Positions 1 through 7,810 of a stretch of 28,506 nt of DNA are shown here, in pieces (position 1 is the stretch's first letter; each line of letters opens with the position of its first letter). The position numbers were made by a program, and so were the translations under genes. A model generated the notes under the pieces. That model was not told the DNA's origin, searched no databases, and saw only the letters and a list, made by a program, of their open reading frames with translations. The stretch is from a virus (lineage: Duplodnaviria; Caudoviricetes), in IMG/VR virus record IMGVR_UViG_3300012041_000054, positions 1 to 28,506 of that record. One strand, written 5' to 3'.

Positions 1-2
1 TC

Positions 3-119
3 AAGAAGCATCACAAGGCCAACAGATCGGCTGTTGCCGCCACGATACCGAGTGCCGCTGATGCGGCGTCGACCGTGAGGCCAGCCGTTCCCGACTCGAC
101 GCGGGAGCGCCGGATGTAG
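3..119 (+). CDS. 3' end of an upstream gene (partial; frame uncertain)
   Basis: Frame 3 is open from the window start to TAG at 117-119 (KKHHKANRSAVAA...RERRM*), just before a terminator. The other two + frames stop earlier. No homology recognisable. Confidence 0.3.
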   Translation, partial: KKHHKANRSAVAATIPSAADAASTVRPAVPDSTRERRM

Positions 120-180
120 AGAGAACCATCCGACGCACGTCGAGACTTACACGAGTTACCAGAGGCGAACGCACATGCGA

Positions 181-215
181 GCCCGGTCTCCCGAAAGGGG
201 GGCCGGGCTTTTTTT
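181..215 (+). terminator. Intrinsic (Rho-independent) terminator
   Basis: 12-bp stem GCCCGGTCTCCC / GGGGGGCCGGGC (two G-U pairs), GAAA tetraloop, followed by T7. Confidence 0.85.
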
Positions 216-266
216 GTTGTTGGGCCTCACTCCGAACGCGCTGGAGCGAACGCGCGGTTTCAATCC

Positions 267-282
267 GCGGCCTTCGGGCCGT
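267..282 (+). promoter_or_regulatory. UUCG-tetraloop hairpin just upstream of the scaffold RBS
   Basis: GCGGCC-TTCG-GGCCGT immediately 5' of AAGGAG (288-293) and ATG 303. Confidence 0.45.
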
Positions 283-302
283 GACGCAAGGAGAGCAACG
301 CG

Positions 303-1355
303 ATGGCTATGGACACACAGGACACGAGCGACATCACGTCAATCGGCACCACGCTGGACGACTCAGGCACCCCGCATACCACGGAAACGCCGAGCGAAGG
401 CTCGGAGACTCCCAAGGTTGCACCGACACCGGATCCCGCGGCGAAAGCTGCGACACCTGCGACCCCTGATCCGGACGCGACACCCAAGCCCGAGGCCACA
501 GCAGACGCGACCGATGACGAGGACGTTCAGCCTGGCGATACGCCGCAAAAGACGGCGGCTCGCACCCGTGGACGGTTGCAGAAGCGCATCGACAGCGTCA
601 CCGAACGCGCCTACAAGGCCGAGGGACGCGCCGAGCTGCTCGAGCAACGGCTCGCGGCGTTGGAACAGCAGGCCACCGCGCGGACGACCGAGCCGCAACC
701 GGGTACGCCGCCCCAGACACCAGCAGTCGAATCATTCCGCTTCGGGAAATCGCCCGAGGAATTCAACAGCTACGAAGAGTTCCTCGATGCGCGAGATGAC
801 GCGCGAGACGCATGGAGGCAGCAACGAGCCGAACACGCAGCGGCTGTTGCCAGGGCGACGGCAGACGCCGATCGAGCCGCAGCCACCGAACGCGAGCTCG
901 CCACGACAGCGGCAGAACGGCTGACCACGTTCAAGGCGACGAACCCCGATTACGACCAGGTCGTTCCACAGCTCCGGATCAGTGTCGCTCGGCCCGTGAT
1001 GAACGAGTTGCACGCCTCCGACTACGGCGCGCACATCGTCTACAGCCTGGCGAAAGACCCGACGGCGGCCGCGGCCTTCGCGGCGATGTCCCCCACACAA
1101 CAGTTACGCGAGATTGGCCGTCGCGAAGCCGCCTTCGCCGCTGCAGACGCAGCCGCGACCGCGGCCAAACAGGCTCCGCCTAGACCCAAACCCACAACTG
1201 CGGCCCCTGAACCCCTCGAACACGAGGGCGGGCCATCAGCTGGCGTCGTGAGCGATGAGGACTTGGACACCGATGCACGCATCGATCGGTGGCAAGCCAA
1301 AGAGCGAGCGGAGCGGCAGCGGAGGCTTGGTATCCCGACACGCGCCAACGCGTAA
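303..1355 (+). CDS. Capsid scaffolding protein
   Basis: AAGGAG RBS. Acidic P/T-rich N-terminus, coiled coil (LQKRIDSVTERAYKAE), FNSYEEFLDA and YGAHIVYSLAKDP...MSPTQQLREIGRRE segments typical of scaffolds preceding P22-type coat genes. Directly upstream of the capsid gene. Confidence 0.8.
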   Translation: MAMDTQDTSDITSIGTTLDDSGTPHTTETPSEGSETPKVAPTPDPAAKAATPATPDPDATPKPEATADATDDEDVQPGDTPQKTAARTRGRLQKRIDSVTERAYKAEGRAELLEQRLAALEQQATARTTEPQPGTPPQTPAVESFRFGKSPEEFNSYEEFLDARDDARDAWRQQRAEHAAAVARATADADRAAATERELATTAAERLTTFKATNPDYDQVVPQLRISVARPVMNELHASDYGAHIVYSLAKDPTAAAAFAAMSPTQQLREIGRREAAFAAADAAATAAKQAPPRPKPTTAAPEPLEHEGGPSAGVVSDEDLDTDARIDRWQAKERAERQRRLGIPTRANA

Positions 1356-1379
1356 ACCGGGTGACCTCGCGGCACAGCT

Positions 1380-2594
1380 ATGAGTGTTCCAGCATTCTCA
1401 AATCCCCGCATGATCGCCGAACGCGCGCTCATGCGGTTGGAGAACAACCTGGTGATCGCCGGACTGATCAATCACCAGTACAACGACCAGTTCTCGCGAA
1501 CCGGCACCAAGAAGGGCCGCACGATCGATATCCGCATCCCGCCCCACTACATCGGTGGAGAGGGACAGGAGTTAACCGTTGAGTCACCGAGCGACCCCAC
1601 GGTTCCGTTGACCATCGACACACAGCTTCACGTCGGTCTCGGTTACAGCTCGGAGCAGGAAGCCCTCAACCTCGAGGACTACGACGAACAGGTCATTCGA
1701 CCCGCGGTGAGCCGCATCGCACACAAGGTCGACATGAAGATTTACGAGGCGGCGACAACGTCCGTCCCGAATCATGTCGGCACCCTCGGCACCGACCCCA
1801 ACTCGATCGACACCTACATCGACGCCGGCGTCAAGCTGACGAACAACGCCGTCCCTGGTCGTGACGACCTCTGGCGGATGGTCATCAGCCCCTCAATGGA
1901 AGGCTCGGTCATCAAGGGTGAGAAATCGCGGTTCAACGACCGCGGCACGCTCTCCCAGATGATGAAGACCGGCATGATGGGTCACGAGGTCGGTTTCGAC
2001 TTCTACGCGGCCCAAGGCGTCAAGCGGCACACCGTCGGCGCGTATGCCGGCACCCCGCTCACCAATGCCGCGACGGCGCAGAGCGGAACCTCGCTCATCA
2101 CCGACGGCTGGACTGGCTCCACGGGCCTCAAGAAGGGCGACATCTTCACGATCGGCGACGTCTACGAGGTCAACATCGAGACCAAGGAGTCGACCGGCGA
2201 ACTGCGCCAGTTCGTGGTGACCGCGGACGTCAACCCCTCCGGTGGCAACATGACGATCTCGTTCCTCCCGGAATTGGTTCCGGCAGGCGCGTATCAGAAC
2301 GTCACCAACGCGGCGGCCGATGGGAAGGCCATCACCGTGTTCGGCGCGGCCTCTGGGACCGGCTCACAGGGTCTCGGCTTCCACCGCGACTTCGCGACCA
2401 TCGTCTTCGTCGACCTCTACATCCCCAAGAACGCAGACCTGGCTGGACGCGCGCAGAGCAAGAAGCGCGGATTCGCGATCCGGTTCGTGCGGTTCTGGGA
2501 TGGCTACAAGGACCAACTCGTCACGCGTCTCGATGTGCTGTTTGGCGTGAAGGTGCTGCGGCCCGAAATGGCCGTGCGCGTCTCCGGCCGCTAA
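1380..2594 (+). CDS. Major capsid protein, P22 coat protein (gp5)-like
   Basis: 404 aa with IAERALMRLENNLV, KKGRTIDIRIP, LKKGDIFTIGDV...LRQFVVT and C-terminal RLDVLFGVKVLRPEMAVR, characteristic of the P22 coat family. Confidence 0.92.
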   Translation: MSVPAFSNPRMIAERALMRLENNLVIAGLINHQYNDQFSRTGTKKGRTIDIRIPPHYIGGEGQELTVESPSDPTVPLTIDTQLHVGLGYSSEQEALNLEDYDEQVIRPAVSRIAHKVDMKIYEAATTSVPNHVGTLGTDPNSIDTYIDAGVKLTNNAVPGRDDLWRMVISPSMEGSVIKGEKSRFNDRGTLSQMMKTGMMGHEVGFDFYAAQGVKRHTVGAYAGTPLTNAATAQSGTSLITDGWTGSTGLKKGDIFTIGDVYEVNIETKESTGELRQFVVTADVNPSGGNMTISFLPELVPAGAYQNVTNAAADGKAITVFGAASGTGSQGLGFHRDFATIVFVDLYIPKNADLAGRAQSKKRGFAIRFVRFWDGYKDQLVTRLDVLFGVKVLRPEMAVRVSGR

Positions 2595-2639
2595 CGGTCA
2601 AGAAAAAACGTAACGGAAAAAGGGAGCACAGACACCATC

Positions 2640-3344
2640 ATGGCCACCACACTCAGTTCCACCACTCTCGCGTCTGCCGCGGCGGTGGCAGACGGCACGC
2701 TCAATCTCGCGAGCGTGTCAGGCATCGAAGTCGGCTACATCCTGTTTTGCGGGCGCACGGCGTACGAGGTCACGGCGATCGGCGGCACGCGCTGCAGCGT
2801 CGTGAAGGGCGTCCTTGGCACCCGTCCGGAAGCCTACCCCTCCGGCAAACGGGTCTGGATTGCCGAGCAATACGATCTGGCGCTCTCGAGGAAAGCCGGT
2901 ACCGGCGATCCCGCGAACGAGGTCGTGTTGCCGCGCATCGTCGTCGGCCCGTCTGGTCCGGTCATCCAGGATCTGGTCGGCAACGCCGAGAACGGCTACG
3001 TGTGGGTCACCGTGGCGGACGAACCGCCCACGGCGAAACCGCGCGGCGTCTACAACTACACCGAGCCGGGAGCGATTCAGATCGCCGACGGCGTGCATCA
3101 GTTGTCCGGGAACGGCGCCGATGCGATGACGCTGGCGGCTCCGGCGATTCAGGATGCCGGCAAGCGCCTCCTGATCATCGCGACCACCGCGAACGCCTTC
3201 ACGGTTGACGTGACGGGTGCGGCTGCGGGATCGGGCGAGAACCTCAATACCTTCGGCGGGGCCGTGGGTGATGGGTTTGAGGTCGTCGCGGGCAATGACG
3301 CCAAGTGGTACACGCTCGCGCTGAATGGCGTGACGCCGTCGTAA
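2640..3344 (+). CDS. Putative capsid decoration / virion structural protein
   Basis: Directly follows the capsid gene with a GGGAG RBS. Beta-rich; the C-terminal ~95 aa are paralogous to the C-termini of ORFs 16024 and 16680. Confidence 0.6.
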   Translation: MATTLSSTTLASAAAVADGTLNLASVSGIEVGYILFCGRTAYEVTAIGGTRCSVVKGVLGTRPEAYPSGKRVWIAEQYDLALSRKAGTGDPANEVVLPRIVVGPSGPVIQDLVGNAENGYVWVTVADEPPTAKPRGVYNYTEPGAIQIADGVHQLSGNGADAMTLAAPAIQDAGKRLLIIATTANAFTVDVTGAAAGSGENLNTFGGAVGDGFEVVAGNDAKWYTLALNGVTPS

Positions 3345-3361
3345 ACCCCCGGCGTGACGCG

Positions 3362-3414
3362 GGGCCGCTCGTCTGGGAGGCGGGCGGCCCAACTTCAACC
3401 CTTTTGCCTTTTTT
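3362..3414 (+). terminator. GC-rich hairpin with displaced T-tract (possible weak terminator or processing site)
   Basis: 13-bp stem GGGCCGCTCGTCT / AGGCGGGCGGCCC with a GGG loop. T-runs begin about 11 nt downstream (CTTTTGCCTTTTTTG). Confidence 0.5.
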
Positions 3415-3430
3415 GTGAGGACCGACGCAC

Positions 3431-4477
3431 ATGCGCAAGCTCTTTTCGTTCACCTACGCGGCTCTGGCGGTGCTCGCACTGGCCGGACTCGCCGTCGCTC
3501 AGGGTGTCAGCTCGGGCGGTGCGTTCCTGCCGCTTCAGGACTACCAAGTCGCTGGCACGTGGCTGTTCAAACACACCACCGCCCCGATCAAACTCGAAGG
3601 CGCGACAGACAACGACTACGAAACTACGCTCATCGCGGCCGACCCCACGGCGGATCGCACGTTCACGTTCCCTGATACGAGCGGCACGCTCGCCGTGACC
3701 GACGCCACGCAGACGCTCTCTGGTACGTCCACGGTCACCGGCCGATGGTTCGTGCGCGACAGCTTCGACCAGGGCTACATCGTCGCCGAGAACGACGCGA
3801 CCGGGCTCCTGATTAAGTCGGTCACCGACACCGACGACAACGTCGTGATGGGCTCGCCGCTTGGGCTGATCTCCTACCGCGAGGAACTCGGCAAGACCGC
3901 GAGTTCGTGGGCGGTTGTCGACGGTTCGCTGGATATCAAAGGCGACAACACGACCGACAACGAGGGCGTCGAAATCGTGTTCGGTGGCGACGGGGCGAAT
4001 ACCACCGAAGGCGTCATCGTCGCTGGCACAAGCGGCGCGTGTCTCACCGTCAACCTCACGCTCACGGACATCAGCGGCACCGACCAACTCGTGATCGGCT
4101 GGCGTGACAACGCGACGTGGACCGACGCGGCCAACTACCAGGGCTATACGGTGTGGAACACGGTCGGGGTCACCGCCACGGACGGCTCGATTCTCTCGAG
4201 ACAGGAAGTCTCGGAGGCGACCGACGAGGACGACTCCGGCGTGAACATGGCGGACGGCGAGACGCGCACGTTCAAGTCCTGCATCAGTGCCGCAGGCGTG
4301 CCAACGGCCTACTACACAGCGGCTTCAGGCACCACGTTCACGGCGATCACGATGACCGAGACCGGGTCGACGCTCACGGCTGGCGTCCAGCTCTATCCGT
4401 TCCTCAGCTTTCTGACGGCTGGCACAGATGGGCCGAACCCGCTCATTAACTGGGTCCAACTCGAAGCCGCACCCTAA
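3431..4477 (+). CDS. Signal-peptide protein with a phage tail-fibre-type motif and a C-terminal beta-sandwich
   Basis: GAGG RBS. Sec signal MRKLFSFTYAALAVLALAGLAVA|Q. Contains LEGATDNDYETTLIAADPTADRTFTFPDTSGTLA, a motif recurrent in phage fibre proteins. 2 Cys. Confidence 0.7.
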   Translation: MRKLFSFTYAALAVLALAGLAVAQGVSSGGAFLPLQDYQVAGTWLFKHTTAPIKLEGATDNDYETTLIAADPTADRTFTFPDTSGTLAVTDATQTLSGTSTVTGRWFVRDSFDQGYIVAENDATGLLIKSVTDTDDNVVMGSPLGLISYREELGKTASSWAVVDGSLDIKGDNTTDNEGVEIVFGGDGANTTEGVIVAGTSGACLTVNLTLTDISGTDQLVIGWRDNATWTDAANYQGYTVWNTVGVTATDGSILSRQEVSEATDEDDSGVNMADGETRTFKSCISAAGVPTAYYTAASGTTFTAITMTETGSTLTAGVQLYPFLSFLTAGTDGPNPLINWVQLEAAP

Positions 4478-4502
4478 CCCTCGCGCGTAAGGAGTGACCG
4501 TC

Positions 4503-6647
4503 ATGACTCGACGCGCATGGGTGGGGCTCGCGCTCCTTCTCGGGGCGCTATTCGCCTTCACCACGCCAGTCCAGGCCCAGACCTCTGGGCCTTTCATTCT
4601 CTCGTCCGTCACGTGCACACCTGGCTACCCTGTCGCGAACAAGGGCAGCATCGGCGTCCAGATCAACGGCACCGGCACGTGGACGGCGGAGTTCCAGGGC
4701 TCGATCGATGGTGTGCGCTACGACGCCATCACGGCGACAGATCGCAGCGACACAACGCCAGCCCTCCTCACTGAAGTCACCGCCCAAGGTAGCTGGACCG
4801 GCAACGTCGGAGGCTTGAACAGCTTCCGCGTCTGCCTAACGGCCTACACGTCTGGCCAACCAGCTATTTGGATGGGCAATTCAGATAGCGGTGGCGCTGG
4901 CGGTGGCGGAGCAGGCGGCGCTGTCCCTTCTGCGGTGTCCGTGACGGACCTCGAAGACGGCGGAGGCGATTCCGTCGGTGACGTGGCGAACGACTCGATT
5001 CGCGTCACTATCGCGGCAGACGCGGTCGGCATCGGCGGCGGCATCCAATACACCGAAGCGGACATCGACGCGACGATCGTCGGCACGGCGATGATGATGG
5101 AGGGCGCCGGGAATACGCTCGTCGCCGCGCAAGGCACCGCGGCGAACGGGCTCGAGGTCGACGTTACCCGCGTCACGGGCACCGTCACGGTCGGCGCGAC
5201 CGATCTCGACGTGCAGAGCGGGGGCGCGGACATTCTCAGCACGACCGCGTTCAACACGACGCATAACGATGCCTTCGGCACGGCGGGATCGTCTGATAGC
5301 CAGGTCCGATCGATTCAGGGCATCGCCTCTGGCGTCGCGGTCACGGTCTCAGCGACCAACCTCGACGTGCAGAGCGGCGGACTCGACCTCTTACCTGGGC
5401 TCGCACAGAACGCCGCGACGAGCGGTCAGCCAGGTGCGCTCATCTTCGGCGCGGTCACCACGGCGGCGCCGTCCTACACCAACGCGCAATCGAGCGCGCT
5501 GTCGCTGACGGAGGCCGGCCTCCTCCGTGTCGCGGTCGAAGCAGGCGGCGGCACTGGCGGCACATCACAAGCGGACGGCGCGACCTACACAGCAGGCTCG
5601 ACGGCTGGCACGCCCATCATGGGGTTCTACGAAGCCTCGCCGTCAACCTGCACGACGGGTGACACGTGCGCCGCTGGCCTCACGACCAACCGTGAACTGA
5701 AGGTCAGTGTCACGAGCGGCGTGGCGTCTGGTCTGACCGATGGCGCCGCGTTCGTCGCGAATACCACGGTGGGACAGGGCTTGTTCGGCGTCTACGAATC
5801 GGCGCCAACGACGCTGACGGATAACGACTACGGGATGGCAGGGCTCACCGCGACCCGAGCAGTTCGTACACAGAACGAAATCGCTGGTGCAGCGATTTCC
5901 GGCTCGAACCCGTCCTACACCTACATCGTTTCAAATGGGTCGACCACTCCGATCACGATACCGGAGAGCCAAACCCAGAACTATCACACCGCAGCCGGCA
6001 CGGACACGATCGAATTGTTCGGGATGGCAATTCCATCAGCGAGTGGGGCTGTCGGCGTGGACTCGAATAACCCCTTTCCTGTGATCACGACGTCGGCTTC
6101 AGTGATCACGGCGGTCGGGAATGCGGCGCACGATTCACCCGCCACGGGAAACCCGCTCACGATGGGCGTGACTGCGCTGGCGTACGGCGCGGACCCAACC
6201 GCGGTGACGGCTGGCGATGTGACGCGCGCACATGCGAACCGCGATGGTGTGCTGTTTGTGCTCGGCGGCCACCCGAATATCCAAACCTACGAATTTCAAG
6301 TACAGGACGCGGACGGTGCACAGACCGATCTTGCAATGGCGACGTGTGGCACCGGTTGCAAGGTCGTTGTGACTGAGGCCGATGTCACCTGCGACCCGGA
6401 CACGTCCGACGATACGTCGATGCGTATGGGGTTCGGTACGGCGAACGTGCCATCAGGCGCGCATACCGGGACGGCTGGCGTGGTGCTCGCCTGGGACGGT
6501 ATTCCACAAGGCGGCGGCAGAATCCGCGGCGACGGCTCGGGGATTATCGGCGTTGGTGCTGACGGCGAGGATTTGCGGTTGACGATCGCTGACCCGGTTG
6601 GTGGTTCCTGCAACGTGCTCGTCTCTTACTTCACGATTGAGAGCTGA
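4503..6647 (+). CDS. Signal-peptide, G/T/A-rich fibre- or adhesin-like protein with internal repeats
   Basis: AAGGAG 8 nt before ATG 4503. Signal MTRRAWVGLALLLGALFAFTTPVQA|Q. N-terminal beta domain, Gly linker, repeats VTVxATxLDVQSGG x2. 8 Cys. Confidence 0.7.
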   Translation: MTRRAWVGLALLLGALFAFTTPVQAQTSGPFILSSVTCTPGYPVANKGSIGVQINGTGTWTAEFQGSIDGVRYDAITATDRSDTTPALLTEVTAQGSWTGNVGGLNSFRVCLTAYTSGQPAIWMGNSDSGGAGGGGAGGAVPSAVSVTDLEDGGGDSVGDVANDSIRVTIAADAVGIGGGIQYTEADIDATIVGTAMMMEGAGNTLVAAQGTAANGLEVDVTRVTGTVTVGATDLDVQSGGADILSTTAFNTTHNDAFGTAGSSDSQVRSIQGIASGVAVTVSATNLDVQSGGLDLLPGLAQNAATSGQPGALIFGAVTTAAPSYTNAQSSALSLTEAGLLRVAVEAGGGTGGTSQADGATYTAGSTAGTPIMGFYEASPSTCTTGDTCAAGLTTNRELKVSVTSGVASGLTDGAAFVANTTVGQGLFGVYESAPTTLTDNDYGMAGLTATRAVRTQNEIAGAAISGSNPSYTYIVSNGSTTPITIPESQTQNYHTAAGTDTIELFGMAIPSASGAVGVDSNNPFPVITTSASVITAVGNAAHDSPATGNPLTMGVTALAYGADPTAVTAGDVTRAHANRDGVLFVLGGHPNIQTYEFQVQDADGAQTDLAMATCGTGCKVVVTEADVTCDPDTSDDTSMRMGFGTANVPSGAHTGTAGVVLAWDGIPQGGGRIRGDGSGIIGVGADGEDLRLTIADPVGGSCNVLVSYFTIES

Positions 6648-6650
6648 TAC

Positions 6651-7109
6651 ATGGCGCGGACACACTTCACTGTTAAGACGCAAGTTCGGGAGGGTCGGTC
6701 GCTCAAGTTCGTTGCCGACTACCACGACGGGTCAGCCGTCGGACCGATCGTTGGTTCACAGACGTTCATCTGTGAAGCGGCGGCGACGAGAGCCGACCAA
6801 GAGAAGTTGATGGCCGCGGCGGTGAGGCGCGAGATCGTTGCCGAGGACGCGGCGATCGCGGCGCCGTTGCTGGTGCCGGCCAATACAACGATCGCGTTGA
6901 CTGCGGCTGACACGTTGACAGTCAACGAAACGCTAGTGAAAGACCTCCAGCAGAAATTACGCCGGCATCGGCTCGCGCAAAAGGCTGTTGTTGAGGGCGC
7001 GTTGACCGCGGCCGATAACCAAGTGGTTACGCGGAAAAACGAATTCGTCGCGGCGTTCGGCGCGCTCGTCACCGCAACGAATCTCAACACCGCGCTCGAT
7101 ATTCTGTGA
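6651..7109 (+). CDS. Hypothetical protein (no signal peptide)
   Basis: 152 aa ORF filling the gap between neighbours; its stop overlaps the next start (GTGATG). Confidence 0.65.
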   Translation: MARTHFTVKTQVREGRSLKFVADYHDGSAVGPIVGSQTFICEAAATRADQEKLMAAAVRREIVAEDAAIAAPLLVPANTTIALTAADTLTVNETLVKDLQQKLRRHRLAQKAVVEGALTAADNQVVTRKNEFVAAFGALVTATNLNTALDIL

Positions 7110-7810
7110 TGAAACGCCTGATCCTCGCGCTCTCGCTCGCCGGAGTGTTCGCGTTTGTCGGTAGCGTGCAGGCCGCGCTTCCGGCGAGCGCGAATTGCAA
7201 CAACGCGGGCGCAGGGCTCGATAGTGACTGGACTGGTATCACCCAAAACCTCCTGGCCTATGACGGGCTTGGTGCGTGTGCGGGATTCGCAGAGGCGTAT
7301 CAGGTTGCGTTATGGGCGACCGATGCATTCGGCGACGACCAATACACAGAAATCGTACTTGGCACGGTTGGGAGCGGCCAATTTGCGGCGCCTGCGGTGC
7401 GGCTCGCTGATGGGGCTGGAGATGACAATTCCCGAGGCTATTACTTGTTTTGTGGCAATGCGAGCGCGCCGTGCAATGTGCAGGAGTGCTCGGATGCTGC
7501 ACCGTCGTCGTGTGCGGTAATTGGCGAGTATTCGGAGTCTGGCACGACGGCCGACACGATGAAGATCGCGATCGCGGGCGCACGGTTCTATGTCTACAAG
7601 AACGGATCCGAGATGACCTGCGATGCTGGCTCCGGGTGTGCTGGCGGCGTGTTGACAGACAACACGTTTTCGAGCGGTAGCGGCGGCATGGCTGTTTACG
7701 GCTCTGGGACAATCGACTCATGGGCTGGAGATAATTTTGAGGCACCGCAAGGCGGCGGAGGAGGGAGTTGCGGGTTGCTCTTACTCGGGGTGAGTGTGCC
7801 ATGCGCGTAG
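7109..7810 (+). CDS. Secreted Cys-rich concanavalin/lectin-like beta-sandwich protein
   Basis: Signal MKRLILALSLAGVFAFVGSVQA|A. DDQY...PAVRL...GYYLF...FYVYKNG...FSSGSGGM...IDSWAGD pattern. 10 Cys. Ends GGGGGSCGLLLLGVSVPCA. Confidence 0.65.
   Translation: MKRLILALSLAGVFAFVGSVQAALPASANCNNAGAGLDSDWTGITQNLLAYDGLGACAGFAEAYQVALWATDAFGDDQYTEIVLGTVGSGQFAAPAVRLADGAGDDNSRGYYLFCGNASAPCNVQECSDAAPSSCAVIGEYSESGTTADTMKIAIAGARFYVYKNGSEMTCDAGSGCAGGVLTDNTFSSGSGGMAVYGSGTIDSWAGDNFEAPQGGGGGSCGLLLLGVSVPCA

Noticed and set aside
175-924. 249-aa Arg-rich ORF overlapping the scaffold gene
   Set aside because: Runs through a terminator and overlaps a convincing gene out of frame; composition is typical of a GC-rich shadow frame. 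Only its start is noted as possibly regulatory.
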